DNA of 64,000 nucleotides from Lama guanicoe. Its lineage: Eukaryota. Shown piece after piece: positions 47,036 through 60,378 of the stretch. Each line of letters begins with the position of its first letter. Within the stretch, counting starts at the first letter, position 1. The stretch lies in NCBI GenBank assembly GCA_013239625.1, contig MU054117.1:3338677-3402676 (forward strand), in the 5' to 3' direction. The translations under genes were made by a program, and so were the position numbers. The notes beneath the pieces are model-generated. The model was given only the letters and a program-made list of their open reading frames with translations. It was not told the origin of the DNA and ran no database searches.

Positions 47036-50000
47036 CCATCCTTGAATGAAAATTATTCTAGACCTCTCCATATGTGTCTTTAAGGATAGAAGAATAGGTA
47101 GAAATGTTAGCAGAAGTATTTTTTTACAAAAGTGGGCACATACCTTATATTCTGTTTTTTTACACAAAAATGTTTTAATTAGATATTACTTGGATTTAAT
47201 GGAAGAAAAACAATGGAAGTGAAAGTGGTGAGGGAATTGGTGAATTTCAGTTAAATGTGTCATTTGCACAAGAGCTACTGTTTGGATAAAATTCTTCTAC
47301 ATTTAAGAAAATACATTGTAAAAATATTACAAAAAGCGTTAAGAGGTTAGAATTATTGCCTGTCTATTTTTTGGTTACTGATTTTAACTTGGCAGTTTCC
47401 ATTGGGGAAATGCTATGAAAAATAACGTAAGCAGCATCTCTCGTGTCCTCTCCTCACAACTCCCTTATTTTCCTAACTATAGTATTAATTTTACATTGCC
47501 AAAATTTGTTCTACAATTACTTAGTTTCCAGTCAGTATGTTTTAGTGCTTACCACCTGCATTTTTTTCAGCTGTTTCTCCTTTCCTGAATTTTTATTTGG
47601 GTTCATATTTTAACACATAAAAATTGATTAAAATAGCTCCCCTGCACCCCAAGTAGAATTCCTGGGGGCTGTTTACCTAGGTTCTTTCACGTTTGATAAA
47701 TTCTAATTTTTGGCCTTTAGGCTAAATGATTTCTTGGTGGTGATGATTTTGGTTACCATCTTTTCCCCCAAATCTTTGTAAACGTGGCTCCATGATTTGT
47801 CAATCAAATAACGCTCTTGGAAGTCTGAGGTCAGCTTGACTTTTCTTGCTTGTAGCTGAGCTGCTTTTTATGCCAGATTTTATATTTGGACGCACTGTCA
47901 GGCACTATGTCACCATTTTTTTTTCAATTTCTAACAAATTGAAGTATAGTTGATGTACACTATTATCTAAGTTACATGTTTACCCATGTTTAATTTGTGA
48001 ATTAATTAATTTAAAATCTTGCATCATCTTCAGGATGCAGGAAGAATTGTTAAGGTTTCATAAGTTAATAGGATACAGCTTGATGTTGAAGCTTCTGTGT
48101 CGGTTTTTCACGGAAGCAGTGTGTTCTTTCCACCCGCAGATTGGATTCTTCCTGTGTTCCAGGGAAAATTCTCCTATTACATCTTCACTATTTCCATTTC
48201 ATTTCTTGGCTTCTCATCCTCAGAGATACCAAATGCCTCTCGTGGAGCTGTCTTCGCCTTCCTTCACGTCTGCTCTTTTCCCTCCAGTTGCTTTTAGTCC
48301 CTGTCCTCGGCTTCCGTGTTCGCCGGCACAGCTCAGGCCTTTCCGCTAACCGATGTTCTCACACGTGGTGTGTCCGTTCTGTTTCTTCCCCCGTTGTTGA
48401 CTCTGTAATGATCTGGCTTTGCTCTCTGTTTCCTTAGCTCTACAGTCTCCCTCTTCCCCCATCTGCCTCCTCTTCCTCCTTCTTTCCCTCATATTGTATT
48501 GTTTTGTCATCTCATCTTTGAGTTCTTGTTTTTACTGAGTTCGTGTTCTTTTAAGGTTGTTTCTCGTGAAACCCTCGTGAAGAATTCCCTTCTTTCCTGC
48601 CGGCTTTGCTTTCTTCCGTGCTGGGTTAGGTGTCCATCTTTGCACGCCTGGATGCTTTCCTTGCTTTTCCCTTCGCTTTCTTCTTCTTTCCTTCCTTCTT
48701 TTCTCTTTCTTCGTCTCTTCCTTTCAGCGTCTAGTACGTGTGCATAATTTCCATGTCGTTTCTTCTTACTCACTCATGCCTGGGCAACCGTTTGCTCTGG
48801 GTTTGGGGACGAGGCCGAGGACAGCTCTGCAAAAGCTGTACGGGTCTTTGTTAGATTAACTCTCCTTCCCCCCTTCTGAGATTTGGTTAAACATTTTGCA
48901 CTGGGGTTTTTCTAGCTTCTGGTCTTATTTTTTCAATACATATAGACATATCTTAAAACTTGGGATCACACAGTTGTCGGGGCTGAATATGGTTCAAATT
49001 CTTTGCCATTCCTTCTGTTGAGAGGCAAAGCCTACACCCTCGTCCCCTTGAATCTGGCTTGGCCCTATGACGTGTTCTGACCCGTAGATTATGGCTGAAG
49101 TGACACTGTATGACCTCCAAGTCTTAGCCTCCTGGGGTGTGTGGCTCCCACGCATCTGGATGCACAAGTCATCGTAGTTTTGTGTTCTTGTTGTTGTTTA
49201 ATCACTTGATAAATCCTGGCCTGTCCTTCCAAATTAAGAAATATTAATAAATATAATAACTATTTGCTGAAATATTACTGAAAATGACTATTTACCATTA
49301 TAATTAACAGAACACCCAACTCATGAGAGCTCAAACACAGAGCAGGGCGTTTTTCTCATGCAATAAGAAAGCACGAGTGGGTGTTTGCTAGTGATGGTCC
49401 AGCCCCTCAATGTCAGGGCTGGTATTGTGGGAATTCTTCAGCCTTTCCTGGGAGGTTGCAAGACAGCTGCTCCAGCTCCAGGAATCCTATACATTTTCAA
49501 GGCAGGACTAGAAGGGAAACAGAGAAGGGGCATCTTCCCAGAGCCCTGGGTAGAGTCCTGCTCAGGGCATACTGGCCAGAAGGATGTCACATGGCCACCC
49601 CGACTGCAGAGAGGCTGAGCAAGAGACTGTCTCAACTGGAGGTGGGCACGTTGCTGACCCCAGCACAAGCGGGCTCCGTAGCCAGGCAACAGCAGCACCC
49701 GTGGTGGGTGAGCCTCGGCCGCCCCCGCTCTCCTTTCCTGAGAAGCAACAATGTCTAGCTTTGCCTCGTCTCCTCTTTCTGCACCAATCTCTTTGTACAA
49801 TGACCTTGATGCCTCTCATGATTACAAAAGAAGAAAATGCTCATTCTGGAGCCTTGGGAAATTCAGGAAAAAGACAGAGCAAAATTATAATCTCACACCC
49901 CAGAGATAATGAAAAATGTCAACATTCTGGGATGTTTCCTTCCTGAAAATTCCCCACACATATGTAAACAATATGCTATTATATATTTAGTATGGTACCA

Positions 50001-53000
50001 TGCTTTTCCACTCACTATCATGTTTTTCCACACCGTTAAACTTTTTCAAAATCATAATTATTTTTTATTATTTTTATCTTTTTTTTTTTACCTTCCCCCA
50101 CCCGCCCCGATCTCCAAAGTAACACAAGCTAGTTGTGAAACATTCATGTTTATGAGCATCTGCAATATTCTCGCCTCAGGAGAAAACCACTGTGAGCAGC
50201 CAGGAGTTTTATCGGAATTTATGTAACTATCCCATGTTGTTGGGTATTCAGGATGTTTCCATCACCGCAGATAACATGGTGATGGATATCTCTGTATGTA
50301 GATTCTATTCATGTTTCGAACTATTTCCTTTGTGTAGATTCCTAGAAGTGGGATTACTGGGCCAAAGGGTAAAAACACTTTCAGAGCTCCTCCTGCGTGT
50401 TGCCAAATTGCTTTCTGGAAGGGCTGTACCATTTATACTCTGACCAGCATTTTGTGAGCATGGCCGTCTTGCCCCAGCCTCACCAGGATTTCGGAGCCTC
50501 ATTCAGACCTTTTGCAAGAAAGCTATGGGTCTTAGCGGAAAGCGTCGTGGTCAGACATCTGACTAACTCTAGCTAGTAGTCAGAAGTTCTGGTTTTAAGT
50601 CCTGACTCCATCATAGCGTGTGTGTGTGTGACCTTGAGCAAGTAACTGTGCTTCTCAGTTTGGTTAAAAAATACTGTGTACTGTTGTGGACACTAAACGT
50701 TAAGGAAACTGCATTGCCAGAGAAACCCTAATCTTGGCCAAGGAAAGTATGATTTTTAAAAATTCCTAAGTAATCCTCGTATCTCTGAGCCCGTGGTGGC
50801 CGAAGCTGTGTGCCTTCTCCAGTGGCTCTCTCAGACGTGGCCAGTAAAAATTCACTTTTCATACCAAGGATCTATCTCTAGCAAATACCTCCCAACACAT
50901 AGCAATAATAACACTAACTTCTTTCTATGTACTGGATATTTTCCAGATGTGACCATTTTTGACCCTCATAGTTGCCCTACCAAAATGAAACATGATTCCT
51001 GCTTTGCAGATGAGGAAACTGAAACTTCATTTGAGAAACTTAAAACTGGTTTCTTGAACTTGCTGGTTACTTCCGACGTTAGAGCCTGGCTCTTTACTCC
51101 ACGGAGCCGCTGACCGCTAGCACCTTCGTCTCTGTTCGCTCACCCGAGCTCCGGCGGCACAGACGGCCTGCCAACGATTCCGGGGGCACGAGGGACAAAA
51201 ACGAAGTCCTCTGCAGCCACAGTGCCTGGAAGTGGTCTTGCCCACCGACAGGCAAGTGAAATTCAACACACAGCAACACGAAACACTGATTCGGCTTTCC
51301 TTAAACAAAAATGGAAGTTATAATCTCCTAACAAAGTCCACGGGTAGGACAGTTTTCAGGTAAGTTGGCAGGAGGGATGTTTTTGGCTGGAAGAAGGGAG
51401 CCCAGAGTAATTTCTGACTCACCTTGAGCCACGTATTGTAAGCTGCTGCACGTGCCGGCTCTTTTGGGGTCTGTGGAGTCTCACTGGCTCCAGCCACTGT
51501 CCTTCGTGACTGCTGGGCACGGGATGCTGGGCCCAATTTCCATCACCTGGTTTACCCTCCAAAACCCAAGAAGATTCATCTCCAAGGTGCCTTCTGATTA
51601 ACCTGGACTCCTCTGTCCACCCATGGACTGTATAGCCTCTCCATGCTTATGTATGTAAAAGTAATTATGAGTGGATGTGTGGAAACCCAAATACAGATAG
51701 CAAGTGAACTTATTACCAAAGAATCACCATAGATTTCTTTTCAGAATTACCCTGTGGCACCTGACATGGGCACTTAACCCCATATCCTGTTTTCTCCAGC
51801 TGTTCCGAAAGATGTTTCTCAGAACGGTGGAGAAGGAAGGGACTGGTGATCATCCGGTCCAACCCCTCATTTTCTGAGTGAGACCCAGAGAGGGGAAATG
51901 ACTTGTCTGAGTGTTCATAGCTGATCAGTGTCACAGCAAGGCATAGAACCCAGGCCAGGACCCATTAAGAAACCCAAACATGCCCAGGATGGCAATTTAT
52001 CCACTGACTCATCTAATTTCTTTCCCAGCGCTAACCATGTTGTCGATTTATATTGATTTGGGGCCATAACGAGTTCTGTCACCTTATTACCTGCATAAAA
52101 ATGGACAGCACTTACTTGTTTAATAAATTTCCAGAACTTTTAGAAGTTTTGACAAGGGAGCTGACATTTTAAGATTTTAAGATTTGCCATACAAAGTCCA
52201 CACTTACCCTAATTACACTTTACTGTTTTGCAGACTCTGATTATATTGTATCCCTGCCTTTTTTGTTTTTCAGGACTTGTCTTTTAAGTCTTTTAAAACT
52301 TGGGGCAAGCTCTGGCTTGACCTCAAAGAATCATGGAATTATAAAGCCAGGAAGGACCCTCAGGACTTGATACAACTGTTCTCTGGTGCTGGTTAAGTGT
52401 CCTTCCTCATAAACTTTACAAGAGAAACTTTAATTAGGGCACTTATAATGCAATTTTTGGTACAAAAATGGCTTTGGATACAGTTTTTACGAAGACAGCT
52501 CCTGGAGAGGGTGACGTGCACCTGCAGTAAGTTGTCTTCTGGAAATGGTCCCCTTGCTTCTCCCCGTTTGCGTCGTCTTCCTGGTGAGGCTGATGACTGT
52601 TAAAGGATGGGGCTTATTTCTAAGAATTCTAATTCCATAGTAACTGAATCCCCATCTATAGCACCAAAACTAGCTGAGCACACAGAAGGCGCTTCATGAA
52701 TGTTTCCTGGATGCATAGACTAAATGAGCAGATGCGGCCCCGTGGGCGGGGCGCATCCTTCTTTATGGTAAGGAGGGTGCGAAATAATAGGCAGAAATAA
52801 CACGCTAATTCCAGAAACAGCAGCAAGGACAGCATTCCAGTAAAGAGTAGAAGAGACTGGTTTCCGGCTGTCACCTGCCAAAGCTGGTCCAGGAAGGAGG
52901 GCAGCAATGACGATCACTTCTCAGAAAATGCGTGTGTCCAGGCACAGATGCGCTTGCCCCGGGAAACGAAACCACACAAAGGTGCAGAGGCCAAGGGTCC

Positions 53001-54628
53001 TGCTGGCTGGACCCCTTCCCTTACCCCAGCCTTCCCTCTTCCCAGCCCTGCTCAGCAGCCGTGCACCCTGCAGTGGGGTCCTGATGCCAAGAATCTTTGG
53101 AACTCGGGGAGGGCCTGAGTCATTAGGACAGAAGGAAAGAGAGGTGATACCCGGTGGCCTTGAAAGACACACTGTGGAGGGAACTTGGCTAGTTACAGCT
53201 TCTCCCCTTCCTTGTTAATGAAAAGAGGCAGATGTGGGTCATATGAGAAGCTAGAAACTTCAGAAATGATGGGTGCAAACTCTTGGGAGCACTTCCAGGA
53301 AGTCTCCGCAGGTGTTCTTTGGAGCGCGCGTCTGCTGGTGTGAAGAAGTTCTCAACAGAAATGAACATAATGGTGGCTGTCGTCCAGAGGCCAGCGAACA
53401 GAGCTCGTGTATTCACTTTAGTGGAGTCTGAGTAAGCTTCAGTTCCCTTTTGTTAGTGTTCAGTTAGCACGGGCTGTTCAATTTAGTGGTGATAGTTCCT
53501 GACGTTTCCTTCTGTGCGTAGGGCATCAATTTGACCTCCTGAAGACGACCGCGGTCACGCTGTCATCTTAAAGCAAACAATCAAGCATAAAAATCGTGCA
53601 ACAACCTGCACTGACTCAGAAGGAAGCCTCGGAGGTTGAGCTAACCCACTGCAGAGCACAGTGAGCCGCAGCCTCTGGTGCTTGGGATGGAATGTCCTTG
53701 GATCAGTTAAGATGGGAAACGTTGAACTCCTCCCATTTATCTGCATTTAGTAAATGATGGCTGGTGCTCATTCCTTCCTCCTTCCACTGGCAGGGAGATT
53801 GGGGAAGTCAGGGGTTGCATTGGACTTGAGGCTCTGGAGAGGGGAGAGTGAAAGGGAAGGAGAGGGCCAGCGCTCTGGTTCAAAGAGGAAGTTTGGGCTC
53901 ATTATGACATAATTATAGGGAATGGGGGGGGCAGCGCCAGCACACCACCCCAGACGCTGACACGTGGGAACCAGATGTAGTTCCTCTGAGATCTGAAAAG
54001 CAGTTTTGTCCCTACACAGTTAGTTAGAGGTGGCCTCAAGTGAGTGACCCCTCTGGGCCCCAGGTTCGTCAAAATGAGGGGGCCAGCTGGGATTATTTAT
54101 TCTGTGGCCGGGCCGTTCATTCTATCCCCTTGCGGGGGGGAGGTTGTAAGCAACACCTGCCCGGGCTGTGTCCCCAGGTGAATGATACAGGGATGCTTCT
54201 ATATTCAGGATGCAGGAATGATTCAGGAGGAACCCAGGCATCAGCATTCTGAAAAAGCCCTGCAGGGGATTCTGCAGTGGGGAGACCCCTATCCGGGCAG
54301 ACCCCGATGAGCTCTGTGGTCTCAGAGAGCTGCCACTTTCAAAAGTTAGCGCTTTGGTCAATAGATAGACAGGTGAACTAGTTTGTCAGGGACTTACTTC
54401 TCAAGGCATACATGTAGAAATGTGCTGCTTTTACAGCTAAGGATGGGCAAGGATGCTTTTTTTGAAAACCCTGCAGAGCCTCAGTTTAAACTTGGGCCCT
54501 TTAGCTACATGGGTTCTTTTTTCCATAGAGAACACTCACACGAATAAGCTTCAGGTGCCTCTGAAAAATGACGGGGCAGAAAAGCGTGCCTGGTTTAAGA
54601 AAGGCTTGATAATTCACAAATAAGGAAG

Positions 54629-55832
54629 CTTCAGAAATCATTCTCTAGTCCACCCACCACCCAATCATCTCTCCACTCAACAGCATTTACTGAACACCTC
54701 TAACGCCAGTCCTGTGCTGGGCCAGAGATTGTTCCAAGTGGGCACCTGGTGGGGAGACTTTACACAGCAGAGGACGCCACGTGTCAGTGCCGGAGGGAAC
54801 ATCTCTCCTGCTCTGATATGGTGAGTGTTGCCCCAGTGAAGATGGCACGCGGCCGCCTTCGGCAACCCCACGGGCATCTCTGCCCCTAGACTTTCCAAAC
54901 AGCACCAGCTAAAGCCCAGGAAGTACCTGCTGTGTGTCAGGCTTCGTGTCGCCCGTGTTCAGTTTCACATGATGCTCCCAGCAACGCTAGGAAGCAGGCT
55001 GGATTATTGTTTCCGTAAGTGAGGAGCTAGGCTTAGAGAGGCTCGTCAGCTTGTCCAAGAAGCCAAAAAGTGGGAGCTGGAATGCCCACCAGGACTGTGA
55101 CCCCCTAGGCTATACGTGTGTCAGTTCCCACAGCCCAGCACAACTGCCCGGTTCCTCCATTCTGCCTGCACTCAGCCCTGCCTCCCCTCCAGGATCCAGG
55201 TCAAGGTGCACAGGTGCTCCCGAGCCTCCACTTCAGAAATCATTCTCTAGTCCACCCACCACCCAATCATCTCTCCACTCAACAGCATTTACTGAACACC
55301 TCTAACGCCAGTCCTGTGCTGGGCCAGAGATTGTTCCAAGTGGGCACCTGGTGGGGAGACTTTACACAGCAGAGGACGCCACGTGTCAGTGCCGGAGGGA
55401 ACATCTCTCCTGCTCTGATATGGTGAGTGTTGCCCCAGTGAAGATGGCACGCGGCCGCCTTCGGCAACCCCACGGGCATCTCTGCCCCTAGACTTTCCAA
55501 ACAGCACCAGCTAAAGCCCAGGAAGTACCTGCTGTGTGTCAGGCTTCGTGTCGCCCGTGTTCAGTTTCACATGATGCTCCCAGCAACGCTAGGAAGCAGG
55601 CTGGATTATTGTTTCCGTAAGTGAGGAGCTAGGCTTAGAGAGGCTCGTCAGCTTGTCCAAGAAGCCAAAAAGTGGGAGCTGGAATGCCCACCAGGACTGT
55701 GACCCCCTAGGCTATACGTGTGTCAGTTCCCACAGCCCAGCACAACTGCCCGGTTCCTCCATTCTGCCTGCACTCAGCCCTGCCTCCCCTCCAGGATCCA
55801 GGTCAAGGTGCGCACGCGCTGCCGAGCCTCCG
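54629..55832. repeat. Direct tandem duplication, 2 x 602 bp
   Basis: 54629-55230 and 55231-55832 read as identical by eye for the first ~581 nt. The ORF track gives duplicate ORFs offset by 602. Confidence 0.95.
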
Positions 55833-55859
55833 CTGACCACTCAGATCCCCCGGGTGGGT

Positions 55860-55896
55860 CCCTCCCCTCCCCTCCCCTCCCCTCCCCTCCCCTCCC
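55860..55896. repeat. (CCCCT)n simple repeat
   Basis: About 7 copies of CCCCT. Confidence 0.85.
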
Positions 55897-58800
55897 GTCT
55901 GTCTGCTCAGCACTGGATCAGACCCTGTCCTGGGCGTTGTCCCTCAGCGTTACTCAGTGTCTGTGTGGAGGACCGACTTCTCATGTCACAGGCTCGTTCC
56001 CTGTGTGTATCACCGACCCCTCGAGGGGCTGGACTCCGCTTTATGCTTCCCTCCGCCATACCCAGCTCGGAGCGGGACCTGGTGAAGACCCCACACCTGC
56101 TTTATGACTGATGGCAAAGTCAGTAAATGGATTGATAAATAGTCAAGGTTCCTGCTTTCAGAGAAGGAATCAACCAAGTCCCCAGATGCGCCCTCGCTGC
56201 GGATGAACTGGGCATGTCCGCTGAGCACTTGTGCCCAGGTGAGAGCTTGCCAAGCATTCTCTGTAAGCATTTCATCTTCTTCTTTTTTCTTTTAAAAAAG
56301 AGCTCATTTGGGCAAAAAGCGATTTGAATCGGGCAATGCCAAACCGGACGTGGTCAGGGGCCCTCCTCACCTGTTGGTTTTAAGCGGCCCCTGCCCGTGC
56401 CTCCCCATCCTGAAAAATCAAAGGCACAGTTTTTGCAGCCCTTGTTTTCTGAAAGCTGTGGTTTCTATCACAAATGAGATCGCAGGAACTCTGAACAGAC
56501 AGACGTGCCACACAGAGGCCCAGAGGATGAAACAGATCAGCCCACGTCACACAGTCAGTGGCGGGGCCGGGGCTGGAACCCGGGCCTCCTTGCAGGACAG
56601 AGGCTCTTTGCTCTCTGCAGTGCGGGGCGACCGAGGGCTGTCTCCACTGGGCGTGCATGTGGGCAGCGCACCTGGGCTCCGACTGTGGACTCTGCTGGGT
56701 TGTTGGCCTGACTTACCGTGTCTTCCTGGCCGCGGACCACTGGGAGCACTTCACCGCATGCTCCCACCTGGCCAAGGGAAGGACAAGCTGACAGACCCGC
56801 CCAATGGGATTTCTGCATCTTCTCAGCTCTGCCGTGGCCGTCTGTGTGCTCGTGATGCCGGGGAGCGGACTTCTGTAGGGAAAACAGGAGACCAGGGGTC
56901 TAGTCCCATCCTCTGCTGTCGGTGAGATGCGTGGCGAGGGCAAGCTCCTCACATGCAACATCTCTTCTGTGCCCGGTGGTGGATCCATGTCAGACAGGCT
57001 CTAAGGTTACTCAAGGCTCCGTGCATTTCATCCCAGCAGCAAATAATTGTCTTCCTCCCCTCATTCTTTGATTTTATTGAATGAGGTAAAGTGGAAAAGT
57101 GTGCTAGAATGTAGAGTATATATGAGAAGGCGGATTACTGACCGCGTCCACAGGCCACGGCTTGTACGAGCATCTCTGCATCCCCAGGAGGGTTATGAGG
57201 GACACGTCCTGTCTCACTGTGTGTCCAGCACGTGCTAAACTTTTCAGGTGTGTTTATTTATTTCATTCATAGGACAACCCTGTGAGGAGGGGAGTGAATC
57301 CAAGGATTGCATTCATTTTATAGACAGAGAAATGGCATCTGAGGCAGGTTAAGTGAGCTGTCCAAGGCTGTGGAGCCAGGAAGAGGTGTGGTGTGGTGTG
57401 TCCCTGGAGGCTCTGCCCTGGGCCCCTGCACCCCGGCCTCTCCTCGGTCAGGGACGGCTGTGACACTGCCTAGCGTCCTCCCTGGAGGCCGGACGGTGCT
57501 GGGCACAGAGTAGCCCAGAGTCAGACAACAACCTGTGACGGTTGAGCTGAACGGAAAAGATGCCTGCTGTGGGTCAACTCTCCGGCTGGAGAAGCTTCCA
57601 GAACAGGTGCCCAAGGCAGCTCCGGGGAACGTCCTGAAGAAGCTGAGAGCGGAGGCAGTGCTCTGGGCGTGCGCCGTCTCGAGGGGAGACAGAGGCTCCT
57701 GGTCCCGTGGGGTCCCCCAGCCCAAGGATTCGCTGTCCCGATGATTCCTAGAACTGTTGGCCGAAAGAGAAAAGCTTACGATAAACCGCAGCGTGGGACG
57801 AAATGCGACCGGAACCACGGGCTTGGCCTGATGTTTATCTCGCGGGCCAGCCAGTCACCAGCCTTTCGCCGGCGGAGTGGGGCTTTCCCCACCAGCTTCC
57901 TCTCCGGTGACTCACAGCCACTGCTCAGGGACAGGAGGAAACGAGGGCCGTCCTGGAGGGAGGCCAGAGGGGTCTCAGAACCACTGGCCCGTCTGCCGGC
58001 CGGACTGGGAACCCGGCAGCCCCCTTCCCAGGGCCCAGGGCCCGGAGATGGGTTAGCGACCCACGGTTTACGCACCTCCCTCGTTGACCGTTTTATTCTC
58101 AGCAAACCCAACTGGGCTCACTCTGCACCCTCATTAATACCACTCCTGTCTAACTGCTTTTCCAGCCCACCCCCGCAGACTCCAGGTGCCGTCCGCAGTT
58201 CGTTTATTCTTCCAGGACGAATATTTTAGCAGCCCTAGGGCCCTTCCTCCGCAAGCCTCTCCGTCCCGTCCGCTCCGGTGAGTCCCTTTATCCTCTATGA
58301 CTTCAAATGTGTTCTGATTTAAAGCAGCGTTTGCCGGGCAGGTGACTGCCCCTCTCTCAGGACTGCGAGCTCTTTCTAGGCAAGGACTGCCGTATACTCA
58401 TTCCTAAAATCAGCGTCCAGGTCCCAGCTCTCAGTTGGCATCCAGTGGATTTTAATCATCATGATTAAGGAAGTGACCACAAGGGGGCAGTACCAGCAGG
58501 GCTGACGATGGGTGGTCGGGACTCCATGTGGGAGACCCTGCAGGGCAGAGAAAACAGGTGTGAAACCAATGAAAAGAACTTAGCCAGCAGAGCAAACAAC
58601 AAGGTGGGATGTGGCAGGAAAGCTGGATGCTGCGCTGGCTCCCGGCAGGAGAGGGGCAGCGCTGCTCTGCGGCGGCATCCCGGCAGCTGCGCTTTCCCAC
58701 GCTTTGCCCTGCCCTTGAGAGGCTGAAGGGCAACCCGCAGAGTCCTAGCAGCCGTGGCCTGCTGGGCGCTGAGACTGCGAGTGACTAATGGGGTGATTTT

Positions 58801-59569
58801 TTTCGCTTCCTGAGTTTTCTCCATTTTTGACCGCGAACGTGTTTTGATTTGACCATCTCGAGGCAATGAACGTAAACAGTATTCTTCGACAGCGGAATGA
58901 AGATGTTAAGATTACGGAGGTAAGAACGACTTCTGGGGAAAGTTCTGGAGGGGCCCACCGGCTGCGAGGGGGCGGGTGGGGGCCGGAGGTGGGGCGCTGA
59001 CCTGGGTGTCAGAAGATGAGAGATGCCCGTGGGAGAGGGGAGGGAGGGTCTCCTGGAGTTTCCTCATCTCTCTTCGGTCCTGGTCGCCTGCCCCCACGCT
59101 GCTCCTTCCGCCCAGAAACGCTTACCTGACGCCCCGATGTGAAGTTGCTCACAGCCCATCTGTCCCCCCACCCTCTGGCCAGCTCTGGGGAACCCACTGC
59201 CTTATCCGTCCTGGGGATGGGGACCAGGTGTGAGGGTTGGTGGGGGTGGACGCTGCTCCGAGTGCATTTCTGCCTCACCTGGGTCTCCAGTGAGAGTCCA
59301 TTAAGAACTTCGGGCCAAGCGAGGTGGTGCGGTAACTGGCCGCCGGCTTGTGGAACCCCGGCAGCGCCGGCATCTGGGGCTGGGTCGTTCCTTGCGGCCG
59401 GGGGCTGGCTGGGGGCTGTGCTGTGCATCGTGGGGCATTGTAGCGCCCCGGCGCCACCCTGGGACGTCCGGCCTGAGACGTGCGGTCATCCTGACAGCAT
59501 CCAGGAGGGAGGGCCTCAGCCAGCCCGCTTGCCGGACCCCCACGGGGTCTGCTGTAGCCACAGCTAGCC

Positions 59570-59812
59570 CTAACTTGGGGGCCCAGTTTTCTTGAGGGGG
59601 TGAAATAGGCAGCCACCGCTGAGGGAATGGCTCTCGGCTGGGAGGACTTGGATGTCTGGCAACATCTGAAGACATTTTGATCGTCACAAATCGGGGGGCA
59701 GTGCGACCGCATCAAGTGAGTGGAGGCCGGGGTGCTCAGGGGTAGAGCGCGTGCTCAGCATGCACGAGGTCCTGAGTTCAATCCCCACTCCCTCCATTAA
59801 AAAAAAAAAAGG
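59570..59812 (+). mobile_element. MER20-like DNA transposon fragment joined to a vic-1-like SINE (~59728-59812)
   Basis: TGGCAACATCTGAAGACATTTTGATCGTCACAAA...GTGGAGGCC (MER20-like) runs into GCTCAGGGGTAGAGCGCGTGCTCAGCATGCACGAGGTCCTGAGTTCAATCCCC plus poly-A. Confidence 0.6.
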
Positions 59813-60269
59813 AAAAGGAAGAAAAGAGTATATAGTATTCAGAACCCAGCATTGCTCGACTGAAGGCGCACCATAATCTCCCCTAGAGGCTGCGTGGGGA
59901 CGCAGGAGAGGGTGCGGGCTCGGGTGCGGGAGCGCGGTGGGGGCGCTGCCGGGCTGGTGGCAGAGGCGCAGGAAAGGGGAAGGGGTCTCGTTCTGGTTGT
60001 GCCGTCCTGGCTGAGAACCTTAGGCTCCCTGGCCTCCTTCTTTGTCTTTTTACTTACAAAAAGGTTTTTTTTTTAATTTTTATTTCATAGCGTCTCTCTT
60101 AGCTCCAGTGCTCCACAAGGCTGTCATCTTGCTAGATGAGGGCTTTGCAACGTCTGCGTTGCCTGGGGCGTGTGTTACAGGCCGACTCCGGAGCTCTCCT
60201 GGGCCTCCGGGCCAGGCTCTGCTGGGCGGCTTGGGAAGCTACACTTGAACACCCTCATAGGTGATTTTT

Positions 60270-60378
60270 TAAAAAAGGTTTTAAAATTTATTTACTTAAA
60301 GGATTAGGTCCCGGGGATTGAACCCAGGACCTTGTGCATGCTGAGCACACGCTCTACCCCTGAGCTATACCTTCCCCA
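60270..60378 (-). mobile_element. tRNA-Ala-derived (vic-1-like) SINE
   Basis: GGGGATTGAACCCAGGACCTTGTGCATGCTGAGCACACGCTCTACCCCTGAGCTATACC. Confidence 0.8.

Noticed and set aside
54677..55507. Duplicated 72-73 aa ORFs
   Set aside because: A by-product of the 602-bp duplication, with non-ATG starts and no protein similarity.
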